DNA from: an uncultured Alphaproteobacteria bacterium
GTDB taxonomy: Bacteria > Pseudomonadota > Alphaproteobacteria > Methylaequorales > Methylaequoraceae
Direction: 5' to 3'
Length of the DNA: 64,000 nucleotides
NCBI GenBank assembly: GCA_902569095.1
Contig: CACFSX010000003.1
Location: 9,533-73,532 of the forward strand
Position 1 is the first letter of the stretch, and each line of letters starts with the position of its first letter. Under the pieces are notes generated by a model that searched no databases, was not told the DNA's origin, and worked only from the letters and a program-made list of their open reading frames with translations. Made by a program: the position numbers and the translations under genes. Below, one piece after another: positions 1 to 8,805 of the stretch.

Positions 1-569
1 CAACTTAAGTTTTCATCGCTAGTTAAATTCGGAAAAATACATTTGTAACATGGATTTTTTTTATTACTCCAAGAAGAAAATATAAAAGCCTGTATATCAA
101 AGTTCTGAAGGGCAGCAGAGACCAATATTTTTTTTTTATTATGACAAAATTTATTTATTATTAATCTAGATTCAAAATTATCCGTACAATCAAGAATAAT
201 TGGATAGTTTTCTAAATATACTTCAATGTTATTTTTATCAATTTTTTTTTTGTGATAATCAACAATAATTGATTTATTTATCTTTTTGATATTTTCTGAC
301 AAAATCTTACATTTACTTGCACCAATATCTTTTTCGGTGAATAATGTCTGACGATTTAAGTTGCTTAAAATAATTGAATCATGATCTATAAGTATTAATT
401 TTCCTATTCCGCTCATTGACAAATATTGAGCAGCAGAAGTACCTAAGCCTCCACAACCGACGATACATATTGATGAGTCTAAAATTTTTTTTTGGCCATG
501 AACTCCTACTTGTTCCATTATTATTTGTCTTGAGTATTTTTCTAGATAGTATTCTTTACTGTTTCTCAT
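1..569 (-). CDS. ThiF/MoeB/HesA-family E1-like adenylyltransferase; 3' end cut by window edge
   Basis: Minus-strand translation from ATG at 569..567 reads MRNSKEYYLEKYSRQIIMEQVGVHGQKKILDSSICIVGCGGLGTSAAQYL..., which has the MoeB-type SRQI leader and a GxGxxG Rossmann motif. It overlaps the cysK stop by about 14 nt. The listed ORF 416..751(+) is antisense to it. Confidence 0.6.
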   Translation of the reverse strand, partial: MRNSKEYYLEKYSRQIIMEQVGVHGQKKILDSSICIVGCGGLGTSAAQYLSMSGIGKLILIDHDSIILSNLNRQTLFTEKDIGASKCKILSENIKKINKSIIVDYHKKKIDKNNIEVYLENYPIILDCTDNFESRLIINKFCHNKKKILVSAALQNFDIQAFIFSSWSNKKNPCYKCIFPNLTSDENLS

Positions 570-1527
570 TTGACATATCTGAAAATAATGGAGTTGAAAG
601 ATATCTCTCTGCAAATGAAGGCAGAATAATTATGGTATTTTTATCTTTCATTTTTGAGTCTTCATTTAATTCTATTGCTGCAGACAAAACTGCACCTGAT
701 GATATTCCACCTGCTATGCCTTCAATTTTTGCTAACAATCTTGCAAAGTAAAAGGCAGAATTATTACTTACAGATAAAACCTTATCAATAATCTGCATGT
801 TCAAATTTTTCGGTAAAAAACCTGCTCCTATACCTTGAATTAAATGTTGACCTGGACCTGATCCACTTATCACGGCTGAATCTTCTGGCTCAACCGCAAT
901 TATTTTTATTGATTTATTTTTTTCTTTAAGATACTTTCCCACGCCAGTTATTGTGCCTCCTGTTCCAACTCCTGAAATAAAGAAGTCGATTTTACCTTCG
1001 CAGCTTGACCATATTTCCGCTGCTGTTGTTTTGTAATGTATTTCAGGGTTGGCACTATTTTCAAATTGATTAAGAATAAAACTATTCTCTATCTTATTTC
1101 TGATTTCTTTTGCCTTTTTCATTGCACCTGTCATCCCTAATTTCTTTGGAGTTAAAACAAGTTTTGCACCAAAAAATTGAAGCATTTTTCTTCTTTCAAT
1201 TGACATGCTATCAGGCATTGTAAGAATTAATTTATAACCTCGAGCCGCGCAAATAAATGCTAGTGCTATGCCAGTATTCCCACTTGTAGGCTCAATTATT
1301 GTAGTAGAAGTATCTATCAGTTTTTTCTCTTCAGCTGACTTAATCATTGCCAGCCCAATTCTATCTTTTACAGAACCAAGAGGATTAAAAGATTCTAACT
1401 TTGCTATTATATTACCATCATAATGAAGATGTTTTTTTAGTCTTTTTAAACATATCATTGGGGTGTTACCGATTGTTTCGTCTATAGAGTTATATATTTT
1501 TGAAAAGGCTTTATATGACAAAATCAA
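556..1527 (-). CDS. cysK: cysteine synthase (O-acetylserine sulfhydrylase, PLP-dependent)
   Basis: 323-aa ORF with the typical CysK/CysM fold-type II PLP pattern (NPxGSVKDR, GNTG, GxGTGGT). Confidence 0.85.
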   Translation of the reverse strand: MILSYKAFSKIYNSIDETIGNTPMICLKRLKKHLHYDGNIIAKLESFNPLGSVKDRIGLAMIKSAEEKKLIDTSTTIIEPTSGNTGIALAFICAARGYKLILTMPDSMSIERRKMLQFFGAKLVLTPKKLGMTGAMKKAKEIRNKIENSFILNQFENSANPEIHYKTTAAEIWSSCEGKIDFFISGVGTGGTITGVGKYLKEKNKSIKIIAVEPEDSAVISGSGPGQHLIQGIGAGFLPKNLNMQIIDKVLSVSNNSAFYFARLLAKIEGIAGGISSGAVLSAAIELNEDSKMKDKNTIIILPSFAERYLSTPLFSDMSNEKQ

Positions 1528-1954
1528 CTTTCTTAAAATTTTCTTTTTTTAAATTTTTACTTTTTGCAATTTTACATACTTCCTCAATTGAAATATTGTT
1601 AAACTTGTCTAAACATTCAAATGAAATATCATTGATCAATGGTAGAACAATTTTTTTTGAAAGTTCTGAATTAAATGTATTAGTTAAATTATCCTCATTT
1701 GAAACAGATTTAATGATATCAGCAATTTTTATTCTTCTTCTTTCTTTTGCTAAACTATATCCTCCTTTTGGACCTCTTGATCCAACAAGAATCTTGTTTT
1801 TAACAAGTATTTGTAGTGTTTGTTCTAGATATCTTTTTGGAATCCCTTGTCTTCTTGCTATAGAGACATTTTGAACAGGATTAGGCCCAGAGTTTAGAGC
1901 TATATCAACAACAGCCTCGATTGCGTAGATAATTTTTTTATGAACTTTAAACAA
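1511..1954 (-). CDS. Rrf2-family transcriptional regulator (IscR/CymR-like)
   Basis: 147-aa ORF; the N-terminal wHTH region (IYAIEAVVDIAL...VSIARRQGIPKRYLEQTL) is typical of Rrf2 proteins. It sits directly upstream of and overlaps cysK. Confidence 0.7.
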   Translation of the reverse strand: MFKVHKKIIYAIEAVVDIALNSGPNPVQNVSIARRQGIPKRYLEQTLQILVKNKILVGSRGPKGGYSLAKERRRIKIADIIKSVSNEDNLTNTFNSELSKKIVLPLINDISFECLDKFNNISIEEVCKIAKSKNLKKENFKKVDFVI

Positions 1955-1965
1955 TTTTTTACCTT

Positions 1966-2409
1966 CTAAACTCCGGTAGAACCAAATCCACCTGAGCCTC
2001 TATCAGTTTCATTCAGTTCATGAGTTATATCCAATTCAATTTCTGGCAATATCATAAATATTAACTGAGCAATTCGCATCCCTGGGTTAATTTCAAATTC
2101 ATTTTTTCCGTGATTAATGAGTATTACGCATATTTCCCCTCTGTAATCTGCATCTATTGTTCCAGGAGTATTTAACACTGTCACACTGTGTTTAAGTGCA
2201 ATACCAGATCTAGGTCTAACTTGGGCTTCAATCCCAAAAGGCATTTGTAATGAGAATCCGCAAGGAATGAGTTTTGTTTCGCCAGGTTTTAGAATGACTT
2301 TATCTTGCAAAGCTGCTAAGAGATCAAATCCTGAACTTCCATCAGTTGCTTTTTTTAAATGGTAAAGATTCTTACCATTTTCTAAATGTTTAAAAAGAAT
2401 TTTGTTCAT
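1966..2409 (-). CDS. dut: dUTP diphosphatase
   Basis: 147-aa ORF with dUTPase motifs (SSGFDL, RSG, GTIDADYRGE). Confidence 0.9.
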   Translation of the reverse strand: MNKILFKHLENGKNLYHLKKATDGSSGFDLLAALQDKVILKPGETKLIPCGFSLQMPFGIEAQVRPRSGIALKHSVTVLNTPGTIDADYRGEICVILINHGKNEFEINPGMRIAQLIFMILPEIELDITHELNETDRGSGGFGSTGV

Positions 2410-3617
2410 GGTATTAATTTATTTTTTTTAAAAAAATTAACAATTTTTTTTGTAATTTTTTTTGCTACCTCAGATTTTTTCATTTTATTCCAATTCTCAA
2501 CATTCTTTTTTGTAATGAAAGAAACTTGATTATAATTTGATCCAAAAACTGGTTGGCTCTTTACATTATTGGCAATTATCCAGTCACAACCTTTTTTAAA
2601 CAATTTACTTTTTGAGGAATTTATTAAGTTTGTTGTTTCTGCTGAAAAACCGATAATCAATTTTGGTTTATTTTTATTTTTTGATATATTTTGGAGAATA
2701 TCTACATTTTTCTTAAAAATAATATTTATTTCATTTTTGTTTTTTTTTATTTTCTCAGAGAATATTTTCTTTACTTTCCAATCTGAAATGGCGGCTGCAG
2801 ATACGAAAATATCATAGGGTAATTTAGACCTACAGGTTTTATAAAAATCCTCTGCATCTTTTACTTTTATTATTTCGAGATCTTTAGGGTCGTCTAGATT
2901 TGTTTTTCCTGTAACTAATGTTACTTTAGCCCCATGATTATGCAGAGATTTTGCAATTTCATAACCTTGTATCCCAGATGAAAAATTGCTTAAAAATCGG
3001 ACTGGATCAATCGTTTCAATTGACGGACCAGCGGTAACAATCGCTTTTAGTCCGTTTAATTCTTTTGGACTAAAAATATTATTTATTTTTTCAACTATCT
3101 CTTCAACTTCCATTAACTTCCCAGTTCCAACAGTGCCGCACGCTAATTTCCCTTTTTTAGGTGAAAGTATGTTTACACTCATTTTGCTCAACGACTTTAA
3201 ATTCAATTTTACAGCTTGATTATTAAACATATTAGTATTCATGGCAGGAGCTATCATTTTTATTTTATTTGAAGCCAGAAGAACATTTGAAGATAAATCA
3301 TCAGCAATACCATTAGCCATTTTTGCTAAAAAATTAGCAGTACAAGGTACTACTACAATTGCATCTGAATTTGATGCTAATTTTATATGATTCATTTCTT
3401 TTTCTTGTGACAAGGTAAAAAGATTTGAATAAACATTTTTGCCTAATAAACTCTCAAAAGTAATTGGATTTATAAATTTTTTAGCACTTTCTGTGAGAAT
3501 ACATTCTACTCTAACTTTTTTTTCCTGAAGCCTTCGAATGAGATCCAGTGACTTATAACTTGCAATACCTCCTGATACTATCAAAAGTATTTTTTTATTC
3601 GCTAAAAAGTTTGTCAT
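2406..3617 (-). CDS. coaBC: bifunctional phosphopantothenoylcysteine decarboxylase/phosphopantothenate-cysteine ligase
   Basis: 403-aa ORF with an N-terminal flavoprotein domain (KKILLIVSGGIASYK) followed by a CoaB ligase domain. Confidence 0.9.
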   Translation of the reverse strand: MTNFLANKKILLIVSGGIASYKSLDLIRRLQEKKVRVECILTESAKKFINPITFESLLGKNVYSNLFTLSQEKEMNHIKLASNSDAIVVVPCTANFLAKMANGIADDLSSNVLLASNKIKMIAPAMNTNMFNNQAVKLNLKSLSKMSVNILSPKKGKLACGTVGTGKLMEVEEIVEKINNIFSPKELNGLKAIVTAGPSIETIDPVRFLSNFSSGIQGYEIAKSLHNHGAKVTLVTGKTNLDDPKDLEIIKVKDAEDFYKTCRSKLPYDIFVSAAAISDWKVKKIFSEKIKKNKNEINIIFKKNVDILQNISKNKNKPKLIIGFSAETTNLINSSKSKLFKKGCDWIIANNVKSQPVFGSNYNQVSFITKKNVENWNKMKKSEVAKKITKKIVNFFKKNKLIP

Positions 3618-4333
3618 AACTCAGAAATATGAATAGAAGCAATCCCGTCAAGAATGTCAAAAACTTCAATTTTTCTGAAACCAGCATTAAGTAGCTTTTT
3701 AGTTAGCTGAATCTGATTTGGAAATTCTTTTATACTCTGAATTAGGTACGAATATGCTTCTTGGTTATTAAGTATTAATTTTCCGTAAAGAGGAATGAGT
3801 TTACTATAAAAGTGAAATATTTTTCTGAAACTTTTGTTGTTTATTTCACTGAATTCTAGGCAATAAAATTTTCCTTTGTTTTTTAAAACACGTTTTATTT
3901 CTAGTAATGATTTTGGAATATTGGTAAAGTTTCTTAAACCAAAACTTAAAGTAATAGTATCAAATGTATTTGTTTTAAATGGAATTTTTTCCGCCATTCC
4001 ATTAACGTAAAATATCTTTTGTCCCTTTAATTTTTTTTTTGCTTGCATCATCATTTTTACGTTTGAATCATAACCAACACAGATACAATTACTTTTTTTC
4101 TTTATCAATTCAAGTAAATCTCCTGATCCTGTAGCTAAATCCAAAATAGTATCTTGTTCTTTAATTTTAATATTATTGATTAATTCCTGTTTCCATGTTC
4201 TATGAAGACCAAAACTCATTATATCATTCATTAAATCATATTTATTAGAAACATCTGAAAAAATTCTTTGAACTTTTGATTGTTTATTTTGTTTGTTTGA
4301 CGAATTTAGTTTTTTTTGTAATCTTTGCTTCAT
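3614..4333 (-). CDS. ubiE: ubiquinone/menaquinone biosynthesis C-methyltransferase
   Basis: UbiE signature VQRIFSDVSNKYDLMNDIMSFGLHRTWK plus a SAM-binding DLATGSGD motif. I propose the start at MKQRLQ (4333..4331); the longer listed ORF would run over the fpg start. Confidence 0.8.
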   Translation of the reverse strand: MKQRLQKKLNSSNKQNKQSKVQRIFSDVSNKYDLMNDIMSFGLHRTWKQELINNIKIKEQDTILDLATGSGDLLELIKKKSNCICVGYDSNVKMMMQAKKKLKGQKIFYVNGMAEKIPFKTNTFDTITLSFGLRNFTNIPKSLLEIKRVLKNKGKFYCLEFSEINNKSFRKIFHFYSKLIPLYGKLILNNQEAYSYLIQSIKEFPNQIQLTKKLLNAGFRKIEVFDILDGIASIHISEL

Positions 4334-5144
4334 GCCAGAGCTTCCAGAAGTTGAGACTGTAAAAGTTTTCTTAGAGAAAAATGTTGTCAATGAGAAAACT
4401 TTGTCAATCAAAATAAAGAATAAAAACTTGCGCTTTACAGTATCTGAAGATTTACCCCAAATTTTGAGAAAATCAATCATAACAAAAATATTGAGAAGAG
4501 GTAAGTATTTATTATTTTTATATAATGACAAGAATATTCTTTTATTTCATCTAGGAATGACAGGATTCTTTAGAATTGAAAAAAAATATCAATTTAGGAA
4601 GCATGATCATTTGATTTTTAATTTTATTAATAAGAAGTTGATTTTTAATGATATCAGGAAATTTGGGTTTGTAAAAATCCTTAACGAGAGAGAAATTAGT
4701 GAATGTTCTCATCTTAAAAATTTAGGTCCCGAACCTTTGAGTTCAAAATTTTGTTACAATTACTTTAAAAAAAATTTAAACAGAAAAACAAACATAAAAA
4801 ATCTTCTCATGAATCAAAGTTTTGTTGCTGGCTTAGGTAATATATATTGTTCGGAAATTTTATTTAGGTCAAAGGTCAAACCAACCAGACAGTTAAGATT
4901 AATAAAGGAAAATGAAATTAGTAAGATTCTAGATTCAGTAAAGAAAATATTATTTGATTCCATAAAACTTGGGGGCACAACTATAAAAAACTTTGTTGTT
5001 TCAGACGAAAAAATTGGATATTTTAAAAATAAACTTATGGTTTATGGAAGAAAAGGGATGAATTGTTTTAAATGCAAAAATAAAATTGATAAAATAACAC
5101 AATCCGGAAGGTCAACTTTTTTTTGTTCTCGATGTCAAAAATAA
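4332..5144 (+). CDS. mutM: formamidopyrimidine-DNA glycosylase
   Basis: Canonical Fpg N-terminus MPELPEVETV begins at ATG 4332. A C-terminal zinc finger (CxxC...CxxC) is present. Confidence 0.85.
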   Translation: MPELPEVETVKVFLEKNVVNEKTLSIKIKNKNLRFTVSEDLPQILRKSIITKILRRGKYLLFLYNDKNILLFHLGMTGFFRIEKKYQFRKHDHLIFNFINKKLIFNDIRKFGFVKILNEREISECSHLKNLGPEPLSSKFCYNYFKKNLNRKTNIKNLLMNQSFVAGLGNIYCSEILFRSKVKPTRQLRLIKENEISKILDSVKKILFDSIKLGGTTIKNFVVSDEKIGYFKNKLMVYGRKGMNCFKCKNKIDKITQSGRSTFFCSRCQK

Positions 5145-5500
5145 AAATATTAATAATTTCTTTTCTAACTTTTTTTTTATTTTCATATGGCACTTTTGCG
5201 TTAAAATTTGTAAATGGACTCGAAGACATACCCTTATACAAAAAAATGGAGTATGTTGAGGACTCTCTTATATTATTTGATAAAATTGATGGTAGATATG
5301 TCTCAGTCGAAATTTATGGTGATTATGAAGAGTACGAGGTTATTGATTACTACAAAAGAATACTCCCAAATCTTGGATGGAAAGAAAAAAAATACCTTAT
5401 TTATAATAGGAATAACGAAACATTAGAAATAATAAGTAAAAAAGAAAAAAAGGGTTTATCAGTAAAATTTAATATTTTTCCAGTAGAAATAAATCAATAA
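5132..5500 (+). CDS. hypothetical exported protein
   Basis: Signal-peptide-like N-terminus MSKIKILIISFLTFFLFSYGTFA with no recognisable domain. The ATG at 5132 overlaps the fpg stop. Confidence 0.4.
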   Translation: MSKIKILIISFLTFFLFSYGTFALKFVNGLEDIPLYKKMEYVEDSLILFDKIDGRYVSVEIYGDYEEYEVIDYYKRILPNLGWKEKKYLIYNRNNETLEIISKKEKKGLSVKFNIFPVEINQ

Positions 5501-5542
5501 CTACTTGACCAAAAATGATTTGAAAAGTATAAACTGCTCAAT

Positions 5543-5809
5543 ATGGCAAATATTAAATCCGCAAAAAAGAGAATTAGTCAGAACATAAAACGTTCTGAAT
5601 ACAATAAAATCAGAAAATCGAGAATCAGAACTTCAATTAAAAAGATTAATTCAGCTTTTCTTGATAAAAAAAATAAAGAGGAAATGAATAAAAATTTCAT
5701 CAAGGTTGAGTCAGACCTTGCAAAAGCTGTTAATAAAGGTGTTTTTAAAAAAAATACAGCCTCTAGACTTATTTCAAGGTTATCCAAAAAAATTAAATTG
5801 ATAAATTAA
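5543..5809 (+). CDS. rpsT: 30S ribosomal protein S20
   Basis: N-terminus MANIKSAKKR is typical of S20; the ORF encodes an 88-aa basic protein. Confidence 0.9.
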   Translation: MANIKSAKKRISQNIKRSEYNKIRKSRIRTSIKKINSAFLDKKNKEEMNKNFIKVESDLAKAVNKGVFKKNTASRLISRLSKKIKLIN

Positions 5810-5869
5810 TTTTTTTTTTACGTTATTGATTCATAGTTTTTTATTAGTTAATCTCATAATTTACTTATT

Positions 5870-6295
5870 ATGAATGATTTAGATTATGCGGGTGATATTA
5901 ACCCAGAGAAAACTTGGAATCTGTTAAAAAATAATCAAGATTCACATTTAATTGACTGCAGAACCAGTGCTGAATGGAACTTCGTTGGTGTGCCTGATTT
6001 AAGCTCTCTAGGAAAGAATGCACATTTTGTTGAATGGCAGATCTACCCTTTGATGGAAAAAAATAATAATTTCCTTAAGGAAATATCAGATTTAGGTTTA
6101 TCAAAAGATTCGACTCTAATTTTTATCTGCAGGTCAGGTGCTAGATCAAGATCAGCAGCAGAATTTTTAACCAATCATGGATATAAACATTGCTTTAATT
6201 TTTGTGAGGGATTCGAGGGTTCTCACGATGAACATGGTCAAAGAGGTAATGTTAATGGCTGGAAAAACTCAAAACTTCCCTGGAAACAAGGATAA
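5870..6295 (+). CDS. rhodanese-domain sulfurtransferase
   Basis: Active-site loop CRSGARS is flanked by typical rhodanese topology; 141 aa. Confidence 0.7.
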   Translation: MNDLDYAGDINPEKTWNLLKNNQDSHLIDCRTSAEWNFVGVPDLSSLGKNAHFVEWQIYPLMEKNNNFLKEISDLGLSKDSTLIFICRSGARSRSAAEFLTNHGYKHCFNFCEGFEGSHDEHGQRGNVNGWKNSKLPWKQG

Positions 6296-6300
6296 TTTAA

Positions 6301-7689
6301 GTGGTTGAAGTAAATTCTAAGGATTTTGCGGAAATTCAGGCTCAATGGGCAGCTGTTAGAGGTAGAATAAGACAAAAAATTGGTGACGCCCAATTCAAGA
6401 GTTGGATAAAGATTATATCTCTAAAAGAGTGTGTAGACGGAAAAATTATATTAAGTGTCCCTAGTGCATTTGTTAGGACAAGAATAATAGAGCAATACTT
6501 AGATATTATTAAAAGCTATTGGCTTGTCCAAAATCTCAAAGTGAATGATATTGAGATTGTAATTTCACAAGACAAAACCCTTAAATCTTCAACTAAATCA
6601 GCGTCAGAAATTAAAAAGACTGAGACAAAAAATAAAGACCACAAGCAAGATGATATTTTTAACTCCATAAGTTCAGATTTAGATACAAGGTTTACTTTCT
6701 CAAATTTTATAGTTGGAAAGCCTAACGAACTCGCATTCGCAGCAGCTAGAAGGGTTGCAGAATCTAATGATGTGCCTTTCAACCCTTTATTTCTATATGG
6801 TGGCGTTGGTTTAGGTAAAACTCATCTTATGCATGCGATTGCACATGAGATTAAAGAAAGAAAACCACTAAGAAGGGTAATTTATATGTCAGCTGAGAAG
6901 TTTATGTATTATTTCATTAAAGCATTAAGATTTAAAAATACAGTTGCCTTTAAAGAGCAGTTTAGAAACGTTGATGTTTTAATGATAGATGATGTTCAAT
7001 TTATATCTGGAAAAGATTCTACTCAGGAAGAGTTCTTTCATACTTTTAATGCATTAATAGATCAGAATAAGCAATTAATAATTTCCGCCGACAAGTCTCC
7101 CCAAGACTTAGAAGGAATTGAGGAAAGAATGAGATCAAGACTTGGGTGGGGACTAGTTGCCGATATTCATCCACTTACTTATGAATTACGGTTAGGAATT
7201 TTGCAAGCAAAAGAAGAAAAGCTTTCAGCAAGCATACCCCCAAATATTCTAGAGTTTTTAGCTCATAAAATAACTTCAAACGTAAGAGAGCTTGAAGGAG
7301 CCCTAAATAGATTATCTGCATTTTCATCGCTTGTAGGTAGAGAAATTAACTTAGATATGGTTCAAGATCTTTTAAAAGACTTACTAAAATCATCACAAAG
7401 AAAAGTTAATATTGAAGAAATCCAAAAGAAGGTCTCTCAGCATTTTAATGTAAAAATGTCAGATATGAGTTCATCTAGGAGATCAAGGACAGTAGCAAGG
7501 CCTAGGCAGATTGCAATGTATCTTTCTAAAAATCTAACTTCACGCTCCTTACCTGAAATTGGGAGAAGATTTGGAAATAGAGATCATACAACAGTAATAC
7601 ATGCAGTTAAGAAAGTTGAAGAATTAAGAAATAAGGATGACAGTTTTGACGAAGATGTCCAACTACTAATAAGGATGCTAGAGTCTTAG
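6301..7689 (+). CDS. dnaA: chromosomal replication initiator DnaA
   Basis: AAA+ Walker A motif GGVGLGKTHL and a C-terminal DnaA-box-binding helix (TTVIHAVKKVE). The start is GTG at 6301. Confidence 0.95.
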   Translation: MVEVNSKDFAEIQAQWAAVRGRIRQKIGDAQFKSWIKIISLKECVDGKIILSVPSAFVRTRIIEQYLDIIKSYWLVQNLKVNDIEIVISQDKTLKSSTKSASEIKKTETKNKDHKQDDIFNSISSDLDTRFTFSNFIVGKPNELAFAAARRVAESNDVPFNPLFLYGGVGLGKTHLMHAIAHEIKERKPLRRVIYMSAEKFMYYFIKALRFKNTVAFKEQFRNVDVLMIDDVQFISGKDSTQEEFFHTFNALIDQNKQLIISADKSPQDLEGIEERMRSRLGWGLVADIHPLTYELRLGILQAKEEKLSASIPPNILEFLAHKITSNVRELEGALNRLSAFSSLVGREINLDMVQDLLKDLLKSSQRKVNIEEIQKKVSQHFNVKMSDMSSSRRSRTVARPRQIAMYLSKNLTSRSLPEIGRRFGNRDHTTVIHAVKKVEELRNKDDSFDEDVQLLIRMLES

Positions 7690-7690
7690 G

Positions 7691-8797
7691 ATGGAATTTT
7701 CTATTTCCAAAAAAAGTCTTTTAGAATGCCTTAATCATTTCCAAAGTGTTGTTGAAAAAAGAAACACGATCCCAATTCTTTCAAATATTAAAGTAATCGT
7801 TGATGAAACTAACGGAATACAGATAACAGCAACCGATCTTGCTTTGGAAATAAGTGAAACACTTTCTGCTAATATCACGAAACCTGGGGGTATCACCATT
7901 CCTTCGCAATTATTTTTTGACATAATAAGGAAGGCTCCAGATAGTTCAAATATTGAATTAAGAAAGGATGAAAAAATAGATCTTGTTTATGTTGCCTTTA
8001 ATGAATCTAAATTTTCTCTCCCAACGCTTCCAGTGGACGATTTTCCAGTGATGGATCTAAATGAATTAGAAACAAAAATTGAATTAGAATCCATCTTCTT
8101 AAAAGATTTAATCGACAATTGTAAATTTTGTATGGGATTAGATGAATCTAGGCAATATTTAAACGGAATTTATTTGCATCTCAGTAAAGATTTAATTTCG
8201 ACTGTAGCAACAGACGGTCACAGATTATCGAAAAGTTCACTTACCAAAAATTTTTCTACAGATTTTGATGGTATAATTGTTCCAAAGAAAACGGTACTAG
8301 AAATATCAAAAATATTGGAGGAGTTTGAAGGAAAAGTTACTTTAAACTTTTCAAAAACAAGACTCAAAATTCTTCTAGGACAAATAAAAATTATCACAAA
8401 GTTAATAAATTCATCGTTTCCTGATTATGAAAGTGTTATTCCAACCACTAACGATCAAATAATGGAGGTAGATTGCAAAAGTTTTAGTGAAAGTATAGAT
8501 AGAGTGTCAACTATTTCTAATGAGAAATTTAGAACTGTAAAATTTGAAGTTTCCAACAACCTTTGCGTAGTCAGCTCATTTGGAAATGAGAAATCAACAG
8601 GTATCGAGAACGTCAAAGTAGAATATAGTGGTCCTACGTTTTCGATTAATTTTAATTCTAGATATGTTCTAGATGTTCTAAATATTATTAAAGAAGGAAA
8701 AGTAAAATTCTTTTTTTCTAAAAATACAGCACCAACAATTTTAGAGAGTCCTACAATTAAAAATTCTCTTTTTTTAATAATGCAAATGAGAGCCTAA
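7691..8797 (+). CDS. dnaN: DNA polymerase III beta sliding clamp
   Basis: 368-aa three-domain clamp directly downstream of dnaA. Confidence 0.9.
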   Translation: MEFSISKKSLLECLNHFQSVVEKRNTIPILSNIKVIVDETNGIQITATDLALEISETLSANITKPGGITIPSQLFFDIIRKAPDSSNIELRKDEKIDLVYVAFNESKFSLPTLPVDDFPVMDLNELETKIELESIFLKDLIDNCKFCMGLDESRQYLNGIYLHLSKDLISTVATDGHRLSKSSLTKNFSTDFDGIIVPKKTVLEISKILEEFEGKVTLNFSKTRLKILLGQIKIITKLINSSFPDYESVIPTTNDQIMEVDCKSFSESIDRVSTISNEKFRTVKFEVSNNLCVVSSFGNEKSTGIENVKVEYSGPTFSINFNSRYVLDVLNIIKEGKVKFFFSKNTAPTILESPTIKNSLFLIMQMRA

Positions 8798-8805
8798 AAT
8801 TTTTC

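Noticed and set aside
416-751. Listed 111-aa plus-strand ORF
   Set aside because: It lies antisense to the ThiF/MoeB-like gene and the cysK 3' end, both of which have clear family signatures. It is a low-complexity AT-rich translation.
5810-5869. DnaA-box cluster or oriC upstream of dnaA
   Set aside because: Only about 60 nt of non-coding DNA exists and no TTATCCACA-like 9-mers were evident by eye. This cannot be excluded without a PWM scan, so the possibility is only noted within a finding.
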